Shown here in pieces: positions 1 to 10,424 of a stretch of DNA of 64,000 nucleotides. Origin of the DNA: Cenococcum geophilum (lineage: Eukaryota). Made by a program: the position numbers and the translations under genes. The notes beneath the pieces are model-generated. The model made no database searches. It was not told where the DNA came from and worked only from the letters and a program-made list of their open reading frames with translations. Where the stretch lies: assembly GCA_050273025.1 (NCBI GenBank), contig CP158635.1:1860001-1924000 (forward strand). The letters run 5' to 3'. Position 1 is the first letter of the stretch. Every line of letters begins with the position of its first letter.

Positions 1-1391
1 CAGTCGTCAGCATCTCCGATCATGGCTCCCGCCCAAGTAAATCCGTGAAATTCGAGTTCAGCCGTCTCCTTCGAACGATCCACGTAACATACGTGGACAG
101 TTTTGCCTTCACCCGTGCAGGGCAATGAGGGATATGCCCTGCCATCATCATCGTACGCCCGGCCCCTCCTTAGATCTTGAGATACTTAAAGGAAATTGCC
201 CCCCTCCACTGAGTTCAAACCGTATGCTTCAAAAATCTCAAGTCTTCCAACCTCAAGATCCAACCCTCATTCTTGCTACTCAATTCTATCACTCCACGAT
301 TCTGTCCCACCTCTTCTATCCTGATGGCTCCAGATAATCAGAACAACAATGTCACAGCGTAAGTACTCACCCTGCTCCACATCTTTCCTTTCAGCTATGC
401 TGCGTTGAAGTGGTCGGAGCTTACACGGTCTTCTAGGGCTCGCACCGAACAACAAGGCGCTCAAAGAGGAAGCTCAGCACAAGCTGTGAACGACGGCCCA
501 CCAGGCACTTGCCCCTACCATACACAAGTCCTTCGAATGACGCAGAGTACTAGTACTCAAGGACTGAGTCCAATGGACCGGTTCCTCAACGAAGGACCCC
601 ACGAGCAGTATGCTCTATTCCGCCGTCCAGACACTGGGGAGTTGTCGACCTACAAGGGATGCTTGTGTGGCATGTTGATTCAAAGCCATACGCAGGCCAG
701 AGAAGGAGATGGCTCAAGTTAGTGGATGGAAGCTGACGGGTAGAAATCAGGGCCAGGGTTTTACAACGGACGGGAGTATGGAACGATAAGGATCTGCCTG
801 TTACTAGATTAGATCTTTAACTCTTCTTCATTACATTGCGAGTTCTTGTGAACTCACCGTGAGTCACTCAGAGGTTATTTGATATATGAATAGTAACCTA
901 GATTCTTCACCTTCTCGAAGATTTGGTGGCTCTTGCTGAATCACTTCGGTTACGGTTAGTGAGACCGCCGTTGCTAATTAGTTCTAATATGATGGATTTG
1001 AAGCAATGCCGTCAGCCGCATTGGCCTAGGGGGTTATAAGCTGTGAACAGTTAACTCAGAATACCGACATTTCTTGTTTGACTTAATGTATGGTCGTAGC
1101 CTTCGAGACTTGGCCATATTCTTACCACTCCTATCGTTAGCCTGGTGGTCTTGATATGGCCAATCTCAAAGTCACGTGGATTACGGTGTCGTGATAGGCG
1201 GCATTTAGTGAATTTCCAGAAAATCCAAAACATATGCCAATACTCGCTCAGGTTCATCCAAGATTCTGAATATTCGTTCAGCTACACATCGTCTTCACAG
1301 TAACATTACATTCTGATGAGCTGCCAGAGTGAGCAATTTTTGAAACACACAAGGGACAGGAACTTGCAGAGCAGAGCTTCTTTGCGGTGTG

Positions 1392-2630
1392 CTATAGTTT
1401 CGTTTTAGCTCCTTCACCCATACAGGTGAAATACAATTTCACACCAAGTATGTTTATCCACCCATCCCCACATAGCCCTTCTTCCCTTGCCCTGTCCAGG
1501 ATAGCATTGAATTCATCCCGACCCTCTACGCCGGTCGTAATAGACGCCAGTCCATCTGGCTGCCCTCCTACACCACGTATAAATCCCATTTGAGCATTGG
1601 TGAATGCTAAGAGGTCTCGGCTGCGCGGAATCCCGAATATGTCTTCCCATTCCCTCGACGCGGCTTCGTGGTCCACGTCTCCTGGTGCTAGTCAACATAC
1701 AACGCCATGAAGGTGGAGATGCGATCGTCGCTTCATAGCAGCTGAATATGAGCTGTAATCAGGTCCGCAAGCGTGCCACGGAGAGAAGCGGAATGTTACA
1801 GGGTTGGGATTCTAAGGTGTAGCGCGGTGAGAATCGAGCTCGGGCATCACTCCACCTAGTAAAAACATTAGCTATGGTAGTAGGCCCGTACAGGTTGATG
1901 TTGCACCTTTTATTCCCTTTGGGTGATATTGAACACAGAGGGCATTATCTTGTTCATGGCTGAAAATGACTCTGCCCAATCCCTTTGGCTCAATGTATGC
2001 CCGCCGTCTAGCAGCATCCTCAGTTTGCATTATGACCATATAGCCACCTTCGCCGCGTTTTGAGAGAAGCCTGCCAGCAGTTGTATTCTGTTTTATTGGC
2101 GAGACGACCCATGTCTCAATCAGGAGGGCCGAGAAAGGTGAGACAAATGATATACCTCGATAACATCACCGCCTACAGTAACTGCAAAATGGTAGTAGCA
2201 ATTCCACTTGAGAATATACATGGGTGATGAGGCGATCTTACCTAGGAAGTTCTTCAATCCCTATTGTCCCGCTACCGGGTCGACATAGACAACTTCAGTT
2301 CCTAGAACATTTGCCCATGGAAAAATTCAGCATCAGCAATCACATGGATATTTGTATAACAAGTCATATTCGGTTCAGGGCCGAAATTAAATTTGACCGG
2401 TCAGACAGCTTCAGGTAAGCCAGTCTCGCATCTTCAGCCTATTGAAATTTCACTGGGCAGGAAAGTTAGGGTTGCCAAGCCGCTATGCCTAATGAGGAGT
2501 CTGCTAACTTTCGGACTTCTACCAACCTCCCACGAGGTACTTGGCCCTCTCGATCTTCCATTACGAATGCGACCTGCCGTAGACGAGTAAGAGCCGGAGT
2601 GATAGCTGACTGCGGACTAAAAGAAGCCAT
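1392..2630 (-). pseudogene. Glyoxalase/VOC-fold (Glyoxalase_3-like) conserved fungal gene, multi-exon, pseudogenised
   Basis: Hand-spliced minus-strand translation from ATG 2630: MASFSPQSAITPALTRLRQVAFVMED / NVLGTEVVYVDPVAGQ*GLKNFL / VTVGGDVIE / VVSPIKQNTTAGRLLSKRGEGGYMVIMQT...VQYHPKGIKG / GVMPELDSH...SPWHACGPDY...LAFTNAQMGF...GLCGDGWINILGVKLYF...KTKL*. Premature stops at 2261-2263, 1812-1814 and 1692-1694, an apparent frameshift near 2552 and one damaged acceptor. Family recognised from motifs only. Confidence 0.8.
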
Positions 2631-3033
2631 CTTTAAATCTAGATTCAGCGATGTAAGAGATTCTCACGAATGGAGCACTTGAAGGAAGCCATATTTGTAT
2701 TATTGCAGCTGACTAGTAAGGGTCCTCGGTCCCTGGGAATTTCCCCGCTTACGGCACCACAGCTCACTCACCAGAGCTCACTCACCAGACTGCGGCTTGC
2801 CAAATGAACAATAACACTGATTCGTGGACTAGGCCAATACAGATGATATTCGGACAAATTCGGAGCCTTTACCTCTTTGCGTCGAACGGCAGATCATGAT
2901 GATGCAGTGCTTTGCTTAGTAAGGAGACTTTACGGAACCGCCTGCTGCATCTACACTTCATTTCCAGTAATTATATTTGATCTCTACTTCTGTAAACTTC
3001 ATATATCTAGATATAGTATATTTAGCTAAAGAG

Positions 3034-3720
3034 ATGGTTGAGTCGGCTTTTAATATTTCTTCCCCTTTAGGTGCCTTTGCCCGACTTCCTCTTGAGCTTC
3101 GTCGTCAGATATTTAGTCTTGTTTCCCAAGATACTGGATTCCTGTCGAAGTCAACCCAGAAACAAATAATTTAATACATACACGCTGTCCTTCCTTGAAA
3201 CTTTCCCATCAGCTCCGTCGGGAAAATTTCACTACCTGGTTTGAGAATGGTACCCCTATATTCCGCTTGCCGGCTGTCCCCCGTTGCTTTCTCGGTACTG
3301 ATCAGGAGACTTCCGAGCTTCTCTTCAAAGGCCAAACCGACCGACCTCTACGGTTACAACATCTACGCGTTATTCTTCTATGCCCACTAGAAAATGTGCA
3401 ACTCACCACAGACGAGATTAGAGGAACTGGTGGACCTAGCATCGACCCTTATGCTGGGAATGGCGGCAAGCCTTCCGTGCTCTGCCGGACACGCTTCGTA
3501 CCGTTACTTTCGATTCCGCGCACGAGATCCTCCGCATCCATGCAAATCCCTGCACAGCCCGTCTCGTCCAGGGCCTCAGCGGAATGCTCTGGGCAAGAAC
3601 TTCAGGACGAGCGAGGTTTGATATTGTGGGATGCAAAAGCGTCTGGGTAGAGTGGTTTATAAAGTCTTGTGTTCCAGGGTATGGGAGGAAAACAAATGAG
3701 CCATATATAACTGGTGGTGA
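3034..3720 (+). pseudogene. Degenerate F-box-like gene
   Basis: ATG 3034 gives MVESAFNISSPLGAFARLPLELRRQIFSLV, an LPxELxxxIF F-box-like start. A stop and frame change follow, with continuation in ORF 3195-3650. The 3' end is uncertain. Confidence 0.4.
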
Positions 3721-3910
3721 TATTTGATCACAATGCAGAACTCATAAATAGGGATGCATATAATACTTTTATTAGTTATATAAGTTATGATTACTATATA
3801 ATCTAATTAATCATAATTATAATTAATATAATCACCTGTGGTAAGAACGGGTAGGAATAGAATATGGTGATAAAACTTTAATATTAAGAAAGTTGTTTAT
3901 TAATTTTCCT

Positions 3911-4057
3911 ATCTATTATTCACACGCTTGCGGAGAAGAGGATTAATTAATCTAATTGGTGGGTACGGGCTCAAAGGCATCAATTGAGAATGGGTATATT
4001 CGCAAGGCCATTTGTAGGGGATTGCCCTGCCTTAACTAAACGTGATGCCTATGGACC
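3911..4057. repeat. Ngaro split direct repeat B2 (147 bp)
   Basis: Direct copy of 4240-4386, differing by transitions. Confidence 0.95.
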
Positions 4058-4135
4058 CGTGCGCAAGTATATCGCTGCAGTATCTATTTACAAAGCCCAA
4101 AATATGCAACCAAAGAAAAAGGTGCGAGTGGGAGG

Positions 4136-4241
4136 GAAAGTAAGCAAGCAAGGCTCAATTTTGTAAATATTAATGATATTAGTGTTGCTAAGATGCAGGG
4201 GTGCTGCTGTAGTGCTCGCTTAGCCATATAGACATGTCCAT
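4136..4241. repeat. Ngaro split direct repeat A2 (106 bp)
   Basis: Direct copy of 8548-8653. Confidence 0.95.
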
Positions 4242-4386
4242 CTATTATTTATACGCTTGCGGAGAAGAGGATTAATTAATCTAATTAGTGGGTACGGGCT
4301 TAAAGGTATTAATTAAGAATGGGTATATTCGTAAGGCTATTTATAGGGGATTGCCCTACCTTAACTAAACGTAATGCCTATAGACC
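4240..4386. repeat. Ngaro split direct repeat B1 (147 bp)
   Basis: Direct copy of 3911-4057. Confidence 0.95.
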
Positions 4387-4559
4387 TAGAAGCGCAGCGC
4401 CTGTACTATACAAGGTAAAATAGGGGGAAGAAAAAATAAAAATAAAAAAGGGGGGGAAAGGAGAGATTTAAGTTAATGTATTAGAGTGCTAAAATAGGCA
4501 CTCCTACACGCCGTTATGCCTAAATACCTTCGCCTATTATATCTAGGGCGAGTAATAAT

Positions 4560-5640
4560 AAGAACGGTATTGGCGTTCTACGTTAGAAGTTTATACTTAG
4601 CCAGAATAGGTTTTTTAGGGATAATAAATAGTAAAGCTAGAACGCTTGTGAGGACCACCGGCCTAGTTGCTATATTTAGCCGTCTATAAAACCGTTATCT
4701 TAAGTATATTAAGCAGCACCTTTCTAAAACGAGTGTCTGTTATAGAGCTTAGAGTAGAGGCCGAGAGCGGCAACTTTATACTTTAGCTTATTTCTAACCG
4801 CGTAGCTTATAAAGGCCAATCTCTTAAAGTAAAAGAGAGGGGCGTTTCTAGGTTAGGGGTTATTTTTAAATAGGTGTTTTATAGCTTAAACTGCGCATTT
4901 AGGTTGCCCTAAAGCGGCAATTATAATTAAGACTCCTTAGTAATTAATATCCGTTTTACTACGCTTTAGATATAATATTATATAGTCCTCTACCAGCGTT
5001 ATATTATTTCTAGTATATTTTATAGTAGAGAAGGCGTAGCTATCTTTCTAAGCCTTAATGTAGGTAATCTCGCCTAAATAAAGGAATCCCGTAAAGGCTA
5101 TAGTAACGGCAGCGTTAAAGTTAAGATCCTTAACGGATTAGGCATTTAGGGTAACTAATTAGGCGAGAATATCTTTGGTAATTAGCAATCTTTTAGCTAT
5201 AATAGAGGGATTTATAAATGTTACACCGTCTAGGATCCTCTTAATAATAGGATTATTAAAGACGGAGGTGTTATAATTAGCGTTAATATAGTAGGATTAA
5301 ATTACGGAGATATAGGCTCTAACTATAGTAGGCTTAATATAGCTTATTCCTAGACTAGCATTACTAAAGATCTATTAGGTAATCTATTCTCCTAGGTAGT
5401 AAAGGGGCGCTAGGTACTTTACCGCTTCGTAAAAGTCGCAGTAGCCCTCCTAACTCTTAATTATAGGATAGTATAAATCTCTTGTTCCATTGGAGAGGCT
5501 ATACTATAATAGTTAGCCGAAGTATTCTAAGGGGGCTTTTACCTTAATCCAGAAATTAGGTAGGGGGTCTTTAAGAGGAACTAGGTCTCCTATTTTAGCG
5601 TTAGATTAAATATAATAAAGAAGCGTATAGTAATAGTAAA
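4560..5640 (-). pseudogene. Tyrosine recombinase of the Ngaro element
   Basis: (G)HSFRKGAA near 4715-4740 and QLGRWSSQAF(Q)LY near 4630-4675. An FxGFLxxGE-like motif lies near 5070-5100. Ends are approximate. Confidence 0.88.
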
Positions 5641-7300
5641 TTAGAAGTATCCTAATATGGGTATAGTAATAACACCCTATCACAATTAAAACAAGATAGA
5701 GTATTAGCTAGCCCGTTTTCTATAGAGGAAACCTACTCTATATAGAGCGTAATATTGTAGGCTACGGCTAGTTAGAGGATTTTACGGAGCGGGTAATTAC
5801 CTAGTCCTTTTACCACTATATTCTAGAATCCTAAGAGTGTTACTATATTATCCGTATAGATATAGACTAAACTATACTTCTACTGCGTTGCCTAGAGCTA
5901 GAATAAGGTTATAATCGCTTAAACCTCCCGCTTATTAATTAGGGTAAGGCGGTGTTTTATATTAAGGTAGTAGCTTAAAGAATCGTCTTAGGGTAGAGAT
6001 ACTAAATAGGGCGGCTATATTGTCCCTTAAGAATCCTTAAGGAAGAAAAAGGCCCTATAATTAAGAATCCCGGATACGTCTAAGAAGAGATAAAATTATT
6101 TTTAATCCGTATTATTAAAGAAGAGGATACCATTTAAAAGGGTAAGAGCATCCCTCTACTATAACAAGTCTTAGCGAAGTTTAGCTGTTAGCCATTAGTA
6201 AGGATAACTACCTGCCTTTATAAAAGTAGAGATAAACTCCTAGATAGAGCAGTTGTATAAATACCTAAGCCTAATTACCTAGGCGCTCTAAGCGAGTCTA
6301 CTAGCTAGTTTTTAACTCTAAACTAGCGTTAGAGATCTACTACTTAACGCTTTATTAATCTCCTTAATTATAGTAGCCTGTTTTAAAGGAGAAAGACGTA
6401 ACTTAGACTTTAGAGTATCTATAATATAACCTAGGACTTTAACCATAGTGCCTTTAATATTCTTTAATTTGTTTTATAGGATGCCTAATTTATTACTTAA
6501 TTAGTTATATATACTAAGCAATTAAGGGAGGATAAAAGCGTTAAAGAGTATAAAGATAAAGTTATCTAGATAGTGCTTTAAGGCGGTGTTTAGGATATAT
6601 TAGATAAGTATCTAGTGGAATCCCTCTATAAAAAGATTAAATAAAAAGGGTGTAGTTTAAAGGCCGAATAAGAGGCAATGTTTAAAATACACTACACCCT
6701 TCTAGGAGAACCCTATAAGGCGTTAAGCTTTAATAAAAAATAAGATATTCCGAAAGGCGTCCTTAATATCCCTTTTAATAATTATATAACTACGGCCTAT
6801 ATATATAACGTATTAGAGAACCTAATTAACTATTAAATATTATAGTATAGCAAATGCTATAGGGATTAAGTCGTTAATAGATCGGCTAGATAGTAAGGAT
6901 AAGTTATAAATACGGCACTATCCCCTATCCGCTTTAGGTACTAAACCTAGCGGCAAGGATATAACGGGAGACGTTACTATTATAATCCTGCCTATATCTA
7001 GATCGGCGCTAATCTTCTCTAAAATTAGGACCGTATTTATAGCTATTAAGGCTTAGTTCTTTTAGGAGAGGAGCTTAATTTCTAGGTCTACCCCAATCTG
7101 GTATCTAAACTTTAGGATACCGATAATATTACGTTAGAGGTTACTAGGGTATAGGGATAGATAACGCCCCCACGCTTAAATAATTAAGGAGGAGGGAGAG
7201 TCCTATAGAGGAGAGGAGGGCGGGAAGACTGGAAATAATAGTATAGTATTTAGCCTACCCGTACTATAAGGGTAGAGCATAGTTTTAGCGGAGTATAGGT
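5640..7300 (-). pseudogene. Reverse transcriptase-RNase H of the Ngaro element
   Basis: PLGLVPKAD (~6930-6955), IKRDIKDAFR (~6750-6780), HYLD(D)F (~6560-6577), LF(S)D(A)SG (~6070-6090) and ENGLA(DA)L (~5700-5725). Confidence 0.9.
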
Positions 7301-7309
7301 ATAGCTTAA

Positions 7310-8470
7310 TAAAATCCTCTTCCTCCTCTTCTTTTTCCTTATTAACACTTTCCTCTAGTAATTACTACTTGCAATTCCTCGCAGTATATAGGCCACCGTA
7401 CTTACTATAGGTATGCGGGAACTTGTAATCCTTACCTAGGTTATACTTCCCTCTATTAAAGCTATAACAGGTCCTTAAGATATTAGTGCTTACTTACGCG
7501 CGTTTTAAGATAGATGCGGATTTATAAGTACTGGGATTGCAATAAATATCTAGGAAGTTACTGGAGATCTTTTAGTTAGCTAGCTCTAACTAATTCTTTT
7601 AAATAACTATAGAGTGGTGCTTTAAGGCCATAGTTATTAAGGGAGCAATTTAGTAGGTAGTAGATAGCTAGATAACTTAATTATAGAAGGTAAGTATTTA
7701 GGGAATAAGATCTACCGAAAGATTCTTATATATAATAATTAAAATTATTATATAGTTAAGGAAGCCCTCTACCCACACTTTAACGGATAGGTAGTCCTTT
7801 ATTATCCCTTCTTTTAGTCTTATAAAAAGAACGCTATTAATAATAAGGATATTATTCTAAGGCTTAGACCAGAGCTAGTGTATCTAAAGGTAAGAGAGGT
7901 TATTAGGTAAGAAAGTACCCTAAAATACCTTAAGTATCTCTTTATTTAGGACGCTAGGGAGGAAGGTATTTAGGATATTAGCTATAGATAGGAGTAACTT
8001 ACCCAGTTTATTAATTGGGGTTAAGGATAATACTGCCGTAGCTAATCTCGCTATTACCGTAGCGAGGCTTAATATATAGAGTTTAGTCACCTAATCTTCC
8101 TATTCTTTTTAAACGCGTAGTATTTTGGTACGGTCCTCCTATTCCTAAAGGAGTTTTATTTTCTAGTTAGTTGCCTAGTTCTTAACCTCCTTTACCTAAG
8201 CTCTTCTAATCCTTAGGTCCTCCTTATATAGTTACTAAAGCCGTTCTTTAGCTTTTTTAGCGGCTAAAGTCTCGCGTTAAGCCGCGGAGAGAGGCGCCAT
8301 TATAGAGGATGGAGACTGTGACGCCGGCGTATCGCCTAAAGGTGTAGGGGAAGGTGAGGGAGACTGGTAGGTAACCTTTAAGGAGTTTAGCTCGTCAAGT
8401 GTGTCGTTATTGGTTAAGTTTTTAAGGTTTTTACGGATAATTCGCGAAGGTTTAGACGAGCGTATAGGTT
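7310..8470 (-). pseudogene. Gag-like ORF1 of the Ngaro element
   Basis: De-RIPped CYSFNRGKCNLGKDCKFPHTCSKCGGLHTARNC zinc-finger cluster at ~7370-7470. Start is approximate. Confidence 0.7.
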
Positions 8471-8547
8471 GTTAAGTTATTAACAGCAACAATTAATTAT
8501 TAGAAATTAAGTAAATAAGGTATTGGCTCTTAAATAAGACTAATATA

Positions 8548-8653
8548 GAAAGCAAGCAAGCAAGGCTTAATTTTGTGAATGTTAATGATGTTAGTGTTGC
8601 TAAGATGCAGGGGTGCTGCTGCAGTGCTCGCTTAGCTACATAGACATGTCCAT
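8548..8653. repeat. Ngaro split direct repeat A1 (106 bp)
   Basis: Direct copy of 4136-4241. Confidence 0.95.
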
Positions 8654-8792
8654 AATATGGTCGGTATTAACTAAAAAGCGCCAAGCCTGCTATTTTACAT
8701 ATAAAAAACGTCTGTGCGGGCTTTTAAGAAAAGTTATTGCATATGCGTTAACGCGTATTTCGTCTAGAGCTCCTTTTCAATCACTACCTACT

Positions 8793-9955
8793 ATGTCTTC
8801 CTTACAACGCATACCTACGCAAGCCTCCACCCAAAAGCAACCACGAGAAGAAGAAACTGACACGATTTCCCTCCTTAGCAATTATAATTCGCGTAAGTTT
8901 AACAATATAACGCTTGCCCATGAGGATCCTCACCACCAAATTAACACACCTAAAACCAAAAGGAAGAAGTTACGAGAGGATAAGGAGCTCTGGTCTTACG
9001 CCTTATTAAAGCCTCTAGCTAGTAAACCTAACCGGGATAATTCTAATTAAGAGATCTTCTACTATAAGCGGTGCTTAAAGGACAATACTAGCGCTACTAC
9101 TTTCTGGCGTTACCTAAAAACTAAGTATAGAATCTTCTATATAGTAAAGAAGGCTAAAGCTAACGTTAATACTAAAGCTATATTAGCTGCCTTATTCGCA
9201 AAATAATAGGAACTAGATAATACTAAAAGGGATCTAAAAGTAATAAAAATCCTTAAGGAGGCTGTAAGCAAGGACTTTTTAGATTTTCTCTGCTACCTTA
9301 TTATTACTTATAACCTTCCTTATTTAATTATTATATGGCCTAAGTTCCGGGCCTTTTTATATATCTATAATTATATACTAGTTGGCAAAGGCGGCTTACT
9401 TACAAAGTCGCGAAACTTAGTGCCTTAACTACTTAGTAAAACGTTTATAGTTTATAAAGATCTTATTGGAAAGAATCTCTCTACAGCTCTCTTAAAGCTT
9501 TACTTTATAGTTAACTATTAGATAGTACTAAATAAGATAGCTTTCTAAGTAGTAATACTTTACTTTATTAATAAAGCTAGGTAGCTCTTAAAGGCAATAC
9601 TTGCTCTATAAGAGTATAAGGAAAGCTATAGTAGTAAGTAATAGGTAGAGGTACTTATTAAGGTACTTAAGGAGTATAAGATTAATATAAAGTAGATTAG
9701 CTATATTACTAGTAGGTTTCTATTCTCTACCTCTACTACTATTAAGCTCTTTACTAACTATACTAAATATAGGTAATAGCCACGGCAGTAATAATAAGCT
9801 CTATTAAATTCTATAAAAGCGCTTCCATTTTTAGATTGCTATTTACTACTAAATTCACTATATTAGCCACGTTATTAATTTTATAGTATAAGCTTTCCTT
9901 TTTACTAAAGATAAAGAGACTATAGAGCTCGTAGTATAAGCCGTAAAGGAACTCT
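8793..9955 (+). pseudogene. hAT transposase, N-terminal part
   Basis: ATG 8793. BED-finger-like FY(C)KRC...FWR(H)LKTK(HG)I, catalytic (H)F(T)V(DCWT) at ~9500-9530, an intron at 9712-9772 (GTAGGT..ACTAAC..TAG) within TG(D), and (C)I(G)HVIN. Confidence 0.85.
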
Positions 9956-10379
9956 TGTTACGGACGCTTTAAGTATAATATTACGGCTACTTAGAGAAGA
10001 GTTAAAAGAAGCTAGTTAGTTAATTTAGGCACGGTCCAGGATGGAGCCAATAGAGCTATATGACGAGGAATGGTAACCAAGGTTATATAACGTAATCTAT
10101 ATAATCTATACAATCTGCGGGATCTGTAACAGAGTAGATAGAGCATACGTATATTACATATAAGAAGGATTTTATAGGAGTACGGTTATATATTTAAGGA
10201 CCCTTAGTTCCTACCTAGGTAGTTTCTTTCTTATAGTAATTCTTAGAATACAATTAGAGTTAATCTATTAGGCAACCACTCCGCTAGTTATTATTACGTT
10301 ATTAACTTTAATTTGTATTACCTATATACCTAGCCTAATAAAAAGCCTATCGTAGTTCCTGCTATAAGGTTCCGTTACA
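9956..10379 (+). repeat. Gypsy A 5' LTR
   Basis: TGTTA...TTACA; copy at 49683-50106. Confidence 0.95.
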
Positions 10380-10424
10380 CAATTACTACCTAGTTACGGT
10401 ATTAAATATAGAAAGTCAAATAAT

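Larger units (their letters stand above)
3911..8653 (-). mobile_element. Ngaro-type (DIRS order) tyrosine-recombinase retrotransposon, RIP-mutated
   Basis: Split direct repeats in A1-ORFs-B1-A2-B2 order on the minus strand. Gag zinc finger, RT, RNase H and YR motifs are present. No conventional TSD. Confidence 0.92.

Noticed and set aside
405..722. 105-aa ORF and nearby splice-like signals at 349-437
   Set aside because: I found no recognisable domain and no consistent spliced frame. It could be a gene relic but is not supportable.
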